Part shown: in pieces, positions 42,031 through 55,219 of the stretch
How positions within the stretch are numbered: the first letter of the stretch is position 1
How the letters are laid out: each line of letters begins with the position of its first letter
Assembly: GCA_028707815.1 (NCBI GenBank)
Contig: JAQWAE010000012.1
Coordinates: forward strand, 2,047 to 66,046
Source: Bacteroidales bacterium
Lineage (GTDB): Bacteria; Bacteroidota; Bacteroidia; Bacteroidales; BM520
Direction: 5' to 3'
DNA length: 64,000 bases
The notes under the pieces: generated by a model
Databases searched by the model: none
What the model was told of the DNA's origin: nothing
What the model saw: only the letters and a program-made list of their open reading frames with translations
Made by a program: the position numbers and the translations under genes

Positions 42031-42489
42031 ATGGATACAAATAGTTATAAGACAGTGTCGGTAAACAAAGAGACCGCACAGAAGGAATGGGTGATTGTAG
42101 ATGCAGAGAACCAAGTATTAGGTCGTTTAGCTGCAAGGATAGCCTTTGTTTTGAGAGGCAAGCATAAACCCTGTTTTACTCCAAACGCTGATTGTGGCGA
42201 CAATGTTATTGTGATAAATGCCGAGAAAATAAAAATCACCGGCAACAAATTTGAACAGAAAGAATATGTACGCCATTCAGGTTATCCTGGTTCACAAAGA
42301 TTTAGAACAGTAAGAGAAACCATGGCAATGGACCCTACATGGGTGCTTAAAAATGCTATTAAAGGCATGCTCCCTAAAAGCAGATTGGGTACTGCTCAAT
42401 TGAGAAATGTGAGAATTTACGCCGGTACAGAACACGGTCAAGAAGCTCAACAACCTAAACCACTTGATATAAATACTATTATTAAATAA
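42031..42489 (+). CDS. rplM: 50S ribosomal protein L13
   Basis: VDA..QVLGRLA, LRGKHKP.FTP, DCGD.VIVINAEK, KGMLPK. Confidence 0.97.
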   Translation: MDTNSYKTVSVNKETAQKEWVIVDAENQVLGRLAARIAFVLRGKHKPCFTPNADCGDNVIVINAEKIKITGNKFEQKEYVRHSGYPGSQRFRTVRETMAMDPTWVLKNAIKGMLPKSRLGTAQLRNVRIYAGTEHGQEAQQPKPLDINTIIK

Positions 42490-42494
42490 TTAAT

Positions 42495-42884
42495 ATGGAA
42501 GTTATAAATACAATAGGCAGAAGAAAAGCTGCAATTGCCCGCATTTATATGAAAGAAGGCAATGGTCGTATTTTGATAAACAAAAGAGAACTTGAGGATT
42601 ATTTTCCTCTTTCAACCCTTCGTTATATTGTAAATCAGCCATTTGAGACGACACAAACAGCTGGCATGTACGATGTAAATATCAACCTTGTAGGTGGTGG
42701 TTTTAAAGGACAAGCTGAGGCAGTACGTCTTGCAATAGCAAGAGCACTTTGCGAAGTAAATAAAGAAGAATATCGTCCTATGTTAAAGGTTAAAGGTTTT
42801 CTACACCGCGACCCGCGTGTTGTGGAACGTAAAAAACCCGGTAGACCAAAAGCTCGTAAGAGATTTCAATTTAGTAAACGTTAG
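42495..42884 (+). CDS. rpsI: 30S ribosomal protein S9
   Basis: GRRKAAIAR, GGGFKGQAEA, RDPRVVERKKPG, QFSKR. Confidence 0.97.
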   Translation: MEVINTIGRRKAAIARIYMKEGNGRILINKRELEDYFPLSTLRYIVNQPFETTQTAGMYDVNINLVGGGFKGQAEAVRLAIARALCEVNKEEYRPMLKVKGFLHRDPRVVERKKPGRPKARKRFQFSKR

Positions 42885-42901
42885 AAAATTACATAATAGT
42901 A

Positions 42902-42952
42902 GTTTAGTATCTAAATTGCTGAGATCGCTGTGCGCTACTCGGCAATTGCGTT
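42902..42952 (+). promoter_or_regulatory. Structured rpsB leader (candidate S2-binding autoregulatory RNA)
   Basis: Stem aattgctgag/ctcggcaatt (one G-U) with inner cgc/gcg; overlapping tttag/ctaaa hairpin. Confidence 0.45.
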
Positions 42953-42992
42953 TAATTTTTAATTAAAGAATGTAAACTAAAATTTTAAAAAA

Positions 42993-43814
42993 ATGCCAAG
43001 AACAACTTTTGACGACCTCTTGAAGGCAGGCGTACATTTCGGTCACCTTAAGAGAAAATGGAATCCTCACATGGCTCCTTATATTTTTATGGAACGTAAC
43101 GGGATCCACATTATTGATTTGTATAAAACTCAAGCTAAAATTGATGAAGCAGCAGCAGCTTTGAAACAAATCGCCCATTCAGGTAAAAAAATATTATTTG
43201 TTGCCACCAAAAAACAAGCAAAAGAAGTGGTAGCAAGTTTAGTGAAAGATGTAAATATGCCATACGTCACAGAACGCTGGCCCGGCGGTATGCTTACCAA
43301 CTTCGCCACTATCCGTAAAGCAGTGAGAAAAATGACTTCTATAGATAGAATGATGGCTACAAGTAACTTTAAAAATATCTCTAAACGTGAAAGATTACAA
43401 ATTGAACGTGAAAGAGCTAAATTAGAGAAAAACTTAGGCAGTATCTCCGAATTAAATCGTTTGCCGTCAGCACTATTTATAATTGACGTGTGTAAAGAGC
43501 ATATCGCAGTTGCAGAAGCTAAGAAGTTAAATATTCCGACATTTGCAATAGTAGATACAAATGCAGATCCTAATGAAGTTGATTTTCCGATACCGGGTAA
43601 TGATGATGCTGCAAAATCTATAAAGATCGTTGTACGCGCTATGGTAGAAGCTATCGAAGAAGGTCTTAATGAACGCAGACTTGATAAAGAAAAACGTAAC
43701 GAAGATGAAGAAGAAGCTGTAAATAATGCTGAAAGTGAAGAAGAGGTTACTGTAGACACAGAGGATACTGAAGAAAAGCAGGATAGAAGACCAAGAAGAA
43801 GAGAAATAAAATAA
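42993..43814 (+). CDS. rpsB: 30S ribosomal protein S2
   Basis: AGVHFGH..RKWNP, ILFVATKKQA, ERWPGGMLTN, PIPGNDDA. Confidence 0.97.
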   Translation: MPRTTFDDLLKAGVHFGHLKRKWNPHMAPYIFMERNGIHIIDLYKTQAKIDEAAAALKQIAHSGKKILFVATKKQAKEVVASLVKDVNMPYVTERWPGGMLTNFATIRKAVRKMTSIDRMMATSNFKNISKRERLQIERERAKLEKNLGSISELNRLPSALFIIDVCKEHIAVAEAKKLNIPTFAIVDTNADPNEVDFPIPGNDDAAKSIKIVVRAMVEAIEEGLNERRLDKEKRNEDEEEAVNNAESEEEVTVDTEDTEEKQDRRPRRREIK

Positions 43815-43841
43815 TTTTAACTAAAATAATTTGTATATAAT

Positions 43842-44672
43842 ATGAATATAACAGCATCAGAAGTTAATAATCTTCGTCAGATGACAGGTGCAGGCATGAT
43901 GGACTGCAAAAAGGCTCTTGTAGAAGCTGAAGGTAATGTTGAAAAAGCAATAGAAATATTACGTAAAAAAGGTCAAAAAGTTGCTTCTAACAGAGCAGAC
44001 AGAGACGCAAAAGAAGGTAAAGTAGTTGCTAAAGTTTCTGAAGATGGTACTTTCGCATGCATGATTATGCTTAACTGTGAAACAGACTTTGTTGCTAAAA
44101 GTGCCGACTTCACCGATTTTGCTAACGCTATTGTTGATGTAGCCGTTAAAGGTAAAATCAAAACAATGGAAGAACTGCAACAACAAACGTACAATGGCAG
44201 AACTATTGAACAAAGTGTTATGGATTTGACAGGTAAAACCGGCGAAAAAATGACACTTGCTCACTACGTATGCTTAGAAGCACCCAAAGTGTTTGCATAT
44301 AATCATATAGGAAACCGCTTGGCTACTATACTCGCTATGAATAAAAATGGCGAAAAAATAGAAACCGCAGGTCACGAAATAGCTATGCAAATAGCTGCAA
44401 TGGCTCCTGTCGCAGTAGATGAAGCCGGCGTTCCTCAAGATATTATAGATAAAGAACTCGAAATAGCTAAAGACGTTATCCGTAAAGAAGGTAAATCCGA
44501 AAATATGGTCGAAAAAATAGCTATGGGTAAATTAAGTAAGTTCTTTAAAGAAAATACTTTGTTAGACCAAGTATTCGTCCGTGACGGCAAAATAACAGTC
44601 GCAGAATATTTGAAACAAACTGACCCAACTTTGAAAGTTTTAGGTTTTAAACGTTTGATTTTGGGTGAATAA
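43842..44672 (+). CDS. tsf: Translation elongation factor Ts
   Basis: LRQMTGAGMMDCKKAL, NCETDFVA, IAMQIAAMAP. Confidence 0.97.
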   Translation: MNITASEVNNLRQMTGAGMMDCKKALVEAEGNVEKAIEILRKKGQKVASNRADRDAKEGKVVAKVSEDGTFACMIMLNCETDFVAKSADFTDFANAIVDVAVKGKIKTMEELQQQTYNGRTIEQSVMDLTGKTGEKMTLAHYVCLEAPKVFAYNHIGNRLATILAMNKNGEKIETAGHEIAMQIAAMAPVAVDEAGVPQDIIDKELEIAKDVIRKEGKSENMVEKIAMGKLSKFFKENTLLDQVFVRDGKITVAEYLKQTDPTLKVLGFKRLILGE

Positions 44673-44710
44673 TTGAATTTTTGTTCATTTTTTCATAAAG
44701 ATTACCAGTT

Positions 44711-44743
44711 GAGAGAGCTGTCGAAAGATAGCTCTCTCTTTTT
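44711..44743 (+). terminator. Intrinsic terminator of the ribosomal cluster
   Basis: gagagagctgtc-gaaa-gatagctctctc-ttttt. Confidence 0.85.
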
Positions 44744-44764
44744 GTTTAATGCGTAACGCATTTC

Positions 44765-46447
44765 CTGACTTCGACAATGCGTCACCCTAAATTTTATTCC
44801 AGAAATTTTCATCAAATAGTATTTCGATAGACTTTATGTCTTGGTGTCAAAAGCATCGTCTTCGTAATGGCACCACCACTCATTGGGAGCTTAATTTTGA
44901 TTGTAATTATTGTTTTGGCAATATTAAGTACTTTATCGACACTCATATTGATATTACTAATTTTCAATATTCGTTCTAATTCTTTGTGTACTTTGTATGC
45001 AACAAAGCATATACAAACATGGGCTTCTATGCGTTTGGGTGTAAAATGGAAAATCGGACGCATTTCAAGTGTTCCTTTTGTTATTCTATAAGCCCGTTCT
45101 ATCACCCAAAGTTCTTTGTATTGTTCATATACTTCTTTTGCAGACAAGGTCGTATTTGTAATATATCCTTTTAATCCATCCCATTTTTCATCTTCTTCTA
45201 TTAATGCCTGATTTATCATAACTTTTACATTATCAGATATTTCTAAAAATTTATTGTAACCTCGTTTATTTATGTTTTCTTTAGTGATATTTCCGCTTTT
45301 GTATGCTTTTTGCAATCGTTTTACCCCTTTATCTCTGTTGTAGCGGTCTTTCTTTGCACGATTCTCGGAATAGCCTAAAACCAACTTACATTGTCCGGAT
45401 TTTTGATATTGGTAAAATGCTCCATCATGTCTATTTTGTGATAAAGTCCATTGTCTTATTTCGCTCGTTTCATTTTTTATCCTTGCGCCAACTATATATT
45501 TGTATCCGCCTGACTCTAATAGATCAATATTCTTTTTATTCATCAATCCGGAATCTGCTACAACTACAAAATCTTCTAAATCAAATCGCTTCACAAAGTC
45601 TTCTACTATTGGAAGCATTGTCCGACCTTCGTATTGTGAACCATTGAATAACGAATACGCAAGAGGATAACCTCCTTTACTTACTAAAAGTCCTAACACA
45701 ATTTGAGGCTGACTATGTTTACCGTCTTTTGACCACCCATTTTCCCGAAAACCGTCTCCATAATCAGCTTCAAAATAGAGTGTGGTAACATCGTAAAACA
45801 CTAACCCTATTTTACCTCCTAATATCTTTTGTGTATGAGATATACTTATTTGTTGTATTTTTTCCTGTTGAGTGTTGTGTAATTTATCTAAATAACGATA
45901 AATATTATGTAGCTCAACATCCTCGTCAAAATATGATTTCAAATATTCTACCGTACCGGATTTGCTTGATGGTTGACTGATACGTGCTATTACTAAATGC
46001 TTTAAGATGTCATCTTCAATCTTGTCGAAACCTATTAGTCTAAAAACTTTGTCAAGTATAAGTTGTGTGCCATTCAACAAGATATTTTCAATGTTGGATA
46101 ACATGTATTCAATGACCTGCTGTTCTTCTCGCTCTTTTCCAAATTCATTGAAAATATCTCGGATGCCCGTGTGTGATTCTATCCATTTTTTACCTTGATG
46201 GCATAAAAACTCTATTGTAGGTTCATCATTGCTTACTCCGATGGTTGCAATTTCCTTAAATACACCATGTGCTTTGTCTACAACCACTACGCTGGTTGTA
46301 CCTGAACGATTTTTCTTTTTACGTATAAACATTCGGCAAAGACAATCGTTTTTTTTGGTTGCATCACCCAAAACCCAAAACCCAAAATTATAACTATTTT
46401 ATTACTAACCGTTTACAAATATAACGGGTGATGCGTGTCGAAGTCAG
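44765..46447 (-). mobile_element. IS1634-family insertion sequence
   Basis: Imperfect TIRs ctgacttcgacaatgcgtcaccc (44765-87) and gggtgatgcgtgtcgaagtcag (46426-47) enclosing a DDE transposase; no target duplication visible. Confidence 0.88.
44812..46332 (-). CDS. IS1634-family transposase (apparent 1-bp frameshift in the last codons)
   Basis: MFIRKKKNRSG start; FYDVTTLYFE, GWSKDGKH, VVADSGL, LWVIERAYR..K..L..RP.FH, AHVCICF. Confidence 0.9.
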   Translation of the reverse strand: MFIRKKKNRSGTTSVVVVDKAHGVFKEIATIGVSNDEPTIEFLCHQGKKWIESHTGIRDIFNEFGKEREEQQVIEYMLSNIENILLNGTQLILDKVFRLIGFDKIEDDILKHLVIARISQPSSKSGTVEYLKSYFDEDVELHNIYRYLDKLHNTQQEKIQQISISHTQKILGGKIGLVFYDVTTLYFEADYGDGFRENGWSKDGKHSQPQIVLGLLVSKGGYPLAYSLFNGSQYEGRTMLPIVEDFVKRFDLEDFVVVADSGLMNKKNIDLLESGGYKYIVGARIKNETSEIRQWTLSQNRHDGAFYQYQKSGQCKLVLGYSENRAKKDRYNRDKGVKRLQKAYKSGNITKENINKRGYNKFLEISDNVKVMINQALIEEDEKWDGLKGYITNTTLSAKEVYEQYKELWVIERAYRITKGTLEMRPIFHFTPKRIEAHVCICFVAYKVHKELERILKISNINMSVDKVLNIAKTIITIKIKLPMSGGAITKTMLLTPRHKVYRNTI

Positions 46448-46470
46448 AAAATACACAAATATTTATAAAC

Positions 46471-48414
46471 TCAATCCATTTCCTCATACAACATCAACAG
46501 ATGTGCGGCGCTCCAACTGAAATGCGGTGCTTCAAGCGGTTGTCCCGTAGAAGCATCATAATTTTCATGTATTGCGACTTCTCCTGTCAAGCCGGCTAAT
46601 CTGTCAAAGACTTGTCGCGTGTAATTATTCGCCATCTCTTTATAGCCGTAGTTGCGTAACCCGCTGATAGCGAAGTATGTTTGGTCTAACCATATTGCCC
46701 CTCGCCAATATCCGTGCGCATCATATTTCGGATTGTCCATGGCAACTGTCGGGAATGGAATATAAGTACTGAATTTTGCTGTGTCTGTTAAGATATTCAA
46801 CATCTGTGAGACCTGCTCTTTATTAGCGATATTCGTCCACAGCGGCGTGTATGCTTCGCAGCCTTCTACTCTGATAAAACTTTTATCTTCTAATCTTCTG
46901 TCGAAGAAAAATCCGATGGCGTTGTCGAAATAATATTGTGCCGTGCTGTCGCCGTAATATGGCTCATCAAAAGTTTCGTCAATTATTATGCTGAACTTCT
47001 TCAACAGACGGTTTTCTAAAGCTAAATAAGAGTTTAAATCCACACTTTCCTGATTCATGCTGTACGCATCATTGCCATTTTTCACCATAGCAGCCTCATC
47101 GAAGCGTATCGCATTGTCCATGCCGCTTTCCCATGCTGCTGCTACTTTTGTGCCGTCAGTAGAGCCATACTCACATTGCCGGTTGCAGTCATGGTCTCTT
47201 TTTTCGTACCACCAGCGATAATAAGCGACCATTTTTGGAAACATCTCTCTAAGGAAAGCTGTGTCTTGTGTCTGTTCAAATATCTCATTTACCGCCCATG
47301 CAGATAGCGGCGGCTTGCTGTCTCTGTAGTTGTTTTCCGCAGTATCCACAAAGATGCAGTCGATAATCATGCCGTCCGGCTGCTGATAGTCGAACATTGC
47401 GCGGATGTTGTCTTTCGCGAGCTCCGGAGCAAAATGCGACAAGGCAGTGGCAAAGCGCCAGCTGTCCCACGCCCAAAAGCCGACAAAATAGCCAACCGCA
47501 TGACTTGGCACTACGCCATCATGCTTTAAACCGCCTCTCGCTACTCGCCAATTGCTTATCAATGTAACTACCGACTTGACTGCTATGCGATTGTACTGCT
47601 TGTCTACATCATCGCACAATACTTTGTTTAAATAGCCATTCCAACGGTTGTCGTGCTGCAATATCGCAGTAGACACATCTTTCAATAACAAATTATTCCT
47701 GTCGATTACAGATTTTAAATTAACTTCATCTGTAAGAAATGACAACGCAACATAAAAAGTTTTATCCGCAGTTTTTGTGGTTGCTGTATAGTTTTTATCG
47801 GCATCATTAATTATCGGTGGGTTAATATTTTTATCAAAAGTGATGATTAGTTTTTCGCCGGAAGTATGCTTTGCTATTATACTGCCGTTATTTTGGGCTA
47901 ACTGTATATTTTTATTCCAATTTTTACCGGAAAATATGAGGTTGGCTTTTTTATCGGAACTGATGGAAAGTAATGCTGTTGTTTCATCTATAAATATAAG
48001 GTTTTGTGAAATTTTGTTGTCAATAGAAGACGCTTCGAGGTAGCATTCTCCCGGGAAGTAGCAAGTTGAATCAGGTGTAAGATATTTATTATCAATTTGT
48101 TGTATCTGCACGGCACAATCAGCCATCCAATAGCGATAATTGATGCTGAAAGGTCCGCAGAAGCCGTTTATCCATGCTTTTTGTTGTGGAATTGTAAAGC
48201 CCATCCACGAGCCGGCGTCGGTAAAACAGCCGCCACATCTGATGCTGTCGTCGGGTGTGTAACGAATGTCGAAAATGTTGCCGTATTGTGACAGATTATT
48301 TGTAGAAACGAATGATATGTCTTTATGGTTTGTGCATGAATAGTATAGTGTTGATATACAGATAGTTAATGCTAAAAGGTGCAATGCTGTTTTTATTGAA
48401 ATTTTGTTTTTCAT
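46471..48414 (-). CDS. GH63 / MGH1-like (YgjK-type) alpha-glucosidase, predicted lipoprotein
   Basis: Lipobox-like LYYSC; GFWAWDSW, SKPP, WESGMDN, YWRGAIW, ENY, FSWSAA. Confidence 0.82.
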   Translation of the reverse strand: MKNKISIKTALHLLALTICISTLYYSCTNHKDISFVSTNNLSQYGNIFDIRYTPDDSIRCGGCFTDAGSWMGFTIPQQKAWINGFCGPFSINYRYWMADCAVQIQQIDNKYLTPDSTCYFPGECYLEASSIDNKISQNLIFIDETTALLSISSDKKANLIFSGKNWNKNIQLAQNNGSIIAKHTSGEKLIITFDKNINPPIINDADKNYTATTKTADKTFYVALSFLTDEVNLKSVIDRNNLLLKDVSTAILQHDNRWNGYLNKVLCDDVDKQYNRIAVKSVVTLISNWRVARGGLKHDGVVPSHAVGYFVGFWAWDSWRFATALSHFAPELAKDNIRAMFDYQQPDGMIIDCIFVDTAENNYRDSKPPLSAWAVNEIFEQTQDTAFLREMFPKMVAYYRWWYEKRDHDCNRQCEYGSTDGTKVAAAWESGMDNAIRFDEAAMVKNGNDAYSMNQESVDLNSYLALENRLLKKFSIIIDETFDEPYYGDSTAQYYFDNAIGFFFDRRLEDKSFIRVEGCEAYTPLWTNIANKEQVSQMLNILTDTAKFSTYIPFPTVAMDNPKYDAHGYWRGAIWLDQTYFAISGLRNYGYKEMANNYTRQVFDRLAGLTGEVAIHENYDASTGQPLEAPHFSWSAAHLLMLYEEMD

Positions 48415-48437
48415 TATGTTGCGAATTAATTATTATT

Positions 48438-48465
48438 ATAGAGACGTAGTGCGCCCCATCTTTAC
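48438..48465. repeat. Degenerate 28-bp REP-like palindrome (GTAGAGAC...GTCTCTAC type)
   Basis: atagagacgtagtgcgccccatctttac in the GH2-GH63 spacer. Confidence 0.45.
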
Positions 48466-48480
48466 ATCTACATGTTATTT

Positions 48481-52682
<4,202 letters not shown>

Positions 52683-52688
52683 AAATGT

Positions 52689-53210
52689 CTAATTATTAAT
52701 TAGTTGATAACATAATTCGTCAAACCATTGACCGTCATATAGCAGCCATTGTTTTTTCACTCCGCATTGAACAAAATTTTGTGCTGTAAACAGTTTGATG
52801 CTGGTCGTATTAGTTTCTATTATATTACAGTATAACTGCTTGAGGTTTAGAATGTTAAAGGCGTAATTGATTAAAGTTTTCAGAGCTTCGGAAGCATATC
52901 CTTTCTGTTGTTCTTTTTTAGTAATAAAAATACCGACAGCAGCTCTTCTGTTTAGCGGGTCAAAGTCGTAAAGGTCGATGCAGCCGACAGCTTTAGTATC
53001 TGCATTTTTACAAATCATCAGGCGAAGTTGTTTTGCGGCATAAATGTCATAATCAATAGAATTTTTGATAAATATGTTGATGACAGCTTCGGAGTATGGT
53101 GTTATTGTGGAGCCGAATTGCCAGATATAGCAGTCGTTTTCCCAGTCATACAAGATTTTTGTGTCAGAAGGTTCTAAAGCCCGTAGATAAATGTTGTCGC
53201 CTTTCATCAT
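52689..53210 (-). CDS. GNAT (RimJ/RimL-like) N-acetyltransferase
   Basis: LRALEP.D..LY.WEN, IDLYDFDP..RRA.VGI, QQKGYASEAL. Confidence 0.88.
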   Translation of the reverse strand: MMKGDNIYLRALEPSDTKILYDWENDCYIWQFGSTITPYSEAVINIFIKNSIDYDIYAAKQLRLMICKNADTKAVGCIDLYDFDPLNRRAAVGIFITKKEQQKGYASEALKTLINYAFNILNLKQLYCNIIETNTTSIKLFTAQNFVQCGVKKQWLLYDGQWFDELCYQLINN

Positions 53211-53211
53211 T

Positions 53212-54021
53212 TTATATGTCGATTATGCCTTTAAAAGTAAGTTCGGGTTTCCCTATAAGCCAGATGTCTTTGAAGGCATCATCTTTTTTTGTCAGGTTAA
53301 CGAAGTGCATACCGCCTTTATTGTTCATTTGTATTGAGCATTTGCTGAGGTTATTGCTAAAAGCGAAGGTTATGGCGGCGGCGATAGAGCCTGTTCCGCA
53401 GCTCAGGGTTTCGGCTTCGACACCGCGTTCAAAGGTGCGTATTTGCAAGCAACTGTCGTTAATGACACGTACAAAGTCGACATTACAGCCGCCGTTGTTG
53501 GCATTTATAATACGTCTGAACTCTTTTGCTGTCGGCATTAACTCGTTTGATGTTAATTCATTACAAAATATAACAAAATGTGGGCTGCCGGTATTTATAA
53601 AAAATCCGAAATTATCACGAAAATTAATTTTATTTGGATTATCATAATTAGGCAGTTGTAATTTTGTTGGCAGCAGACAGTCGCGCACTGATATTTTGTA
53701 GAAATTGTCGTTTAAGATTTGGAATTTATGATTTCCGTCTGATGCGTTAAAGCCGTTTCCGATGATATTAAGATTTTTCAGGGCATAATCGACAGAGCAG
53801 AGGCTGCCGTTGCCGCAAAGGGTATCGCCGGAGCCGTCTGGATTGTAAAAAGTTAATTTGAAACCTTTATCACTATCTTTGTTGACAATAATTAATCCGT
53901 CAGAACCGATGCCGAATTTTCTGTTACATATTTTGATTATCTGCTCTTTGGATATTGCAACATTGGAAACTATGACGAAGTCGTTGCCGGCAGATTGATA
54001 TTTTGAGAAATTTATATTCAC
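53212..54021 (-). CDS. dapF: Diaminopimelate epimerase (GTG start)
   Basis: KYQSAGNDF, GIGSDG, NPDGS...CGNG, NTGSPH, RTFERGVEAETLSCGTG. Confidence 0.93.
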   Translation of the reverse strand: MNINFSKYQSAGNDFVIVSNVAISKEQIIKICNRKFGIGSDGLIIVNKDSDKGFKLTFYNPDGSGDTLCGNGSLCSVDYALKNLNIIGNGFNASDGNHKFQILNDNFYKISVRDCLLPTKLQLPNYDNPNKINFRDNFGFFINTGSPHFVIFCNELTSNELMPTAKEFRRIINANNGGCNVDFVRVINDSCLQIRTFERGVEAETLSCGTGSIAAAITFAFSNNLSKCSIQMNNKGGMHFVNLTKKDDAFKDIWLIGKPELTFKGIIDI

Positions 54022-54041
54022 CGTTGTTAAAATTGAATATG

Positions 54042-54049
54042 CAAATGTA
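54042..54049 (-). promoter_or_regulatory. -7 promoter element for dapF-GNAT-mltG
   Basis: TACATTTG(CA) on the minus strand. Confidence 0.55.
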
Positions 54050-54101
54050 ATGAATAATTTTATTTTAGAGTTTTAATGTATAATGATTTATCACATTGGA
54101 T

Positions 54102-55019
54102 TTATAGCATGCAAAACAATTCGACTAGAAAGGGGACAGACAAGTCTACAAGGAAGCCGTGATATACGGAGACTATAGACAGTTCATCTCCGCAAATTTG
54201 TTTTATCAGTGGCAGGGTAGTATCTGCCGTAGTTGCGCCGCCTGCGGCGATAGGAGCTAATGGTCCGAAGATACGATATAATACAGGAGCGCATAACAAT
54301 GTAAATAACTCTCTGATGATATTAGAAAGGAGGGCAATAGTTCCTAATTCGATGCCTTTATGTTCTGTTATCAAAATGCTTGATAACGAGTAATAAGCTT
54401 GTCCGGAGCCTACTGCGAGAAATTCTGTCAGAGAATATTTAAAGAACAGACTTATCAGCGAGCATGTTGCGAGTGTTCCTACAATGGTGAATGCCGGAAG
54501 CAACAATATTTTTTTATTTTGATGCTTGAGTTGTGTAAAAACATCTTTGTTATGACCAATGCTTATGCCTACACAAAGGATAAGCAGTAATAGCGTATAA
54601 GTACTTGCTTTGCCGATAAAGTTTGTGTTTTTTATTATTCCGGTAAGTCCTATGATTATGCCTGTTATAAAGAAACATAATATGATGAGACTGCCTTTTA
54701 GAGGGTGTGTTTTTTTGCTGTCAGCGATATTTGTGTTGGCATTTTTTTTATCTGTTTTTCTTTTTAGACCTATCCACTTAGCAAGTACCGATGATGCGAG
54801 ACAGCTGCCTACGGTGGCTGTTATTGCAATCACAGCTGCTACGAAACCTAATGTTGGCAGTGCTGAAATTATGTTGTCATTACTACCGACTTCCAATCCT
54901 AATTCAAACAATAACAGCCATATAATTGGTGTTATTGTTTTATTGACCCATGATAAATTCCATTTTCGCATTAAGATGCCTGCTACAATTCCTAAGAATA
55001 TGAAGATTATGACTTTCAT
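54102..55019 (-). CDS. LysO/DUF340-family exporter (two-domain fused form)
   Basis: WLLLFELGLEVG; GSGQAYYSLSSILI, NIIRE, GGATTADTTLP. Confidence 0.8.
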   Translation of the reverse strand: MKVIIFIFLGIVAGILMRKWNLSWVNKTITPIIWLLLFELGLEVGSNDNIISALPTLGFVAAVIAITATVGSCLASSVLAKWIGLKRKTDKKNANTNIADSKKTHPLKGSLIILCFFITGIIIGLTGIIKNTNFIGKASTYTLLLLILCVGISIGHNKDVFTQLKHQNKKILLLPAFTIVGTLATCSLISLFFKYSLTEFLAVGSGQAYYSLSSILITEHKGIELGTIALLSNIIRELFTLLCAPVLYRIFGPLAPIAAGGATTADTTLPLIKQICGDELSIVSVYHGFLVDLSVPFLVELFCML

Positions 55020-55157
55020 GAGATTTGTTATATAACGACTGCTTATTAAAAATTTTGCGAAATTACAAATAACTTTGAATACTCGATAGGTATTTGGAAA
55101 ACTTTTTATTGAGGCTGATGGACGCTGTGTTCAAGAAGCGGTTGCAGCAATAATATT

Positions 55158-55193
55158 AAAAAAAGGTCGTATAGACATAGTCCTACGACCTTT
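55158..55193 (-). terminator. Intrinsic terminator of amt
   Basis: Minus strand aaaggtcgtaggac-tat-gtctatacgacc-ttttttt. Confidence 0.75.
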
Positions 55194-55219
55194 AAAAGTA
55201 TTATGAATGTATTTACTAT

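Noticed and set aside
43130-43759. 209-aa Ser-rich minus-strand ORF
   Set aside because: Antisense mirror of rpsB codon bias
53212-55019. LysO exporter next to dapF as a lysine-pathway operon
   Set aside because: dapF has its own -7 element in the gap, and dapF-GNAT-mltG is the usual unit; nothing here shows a functional link
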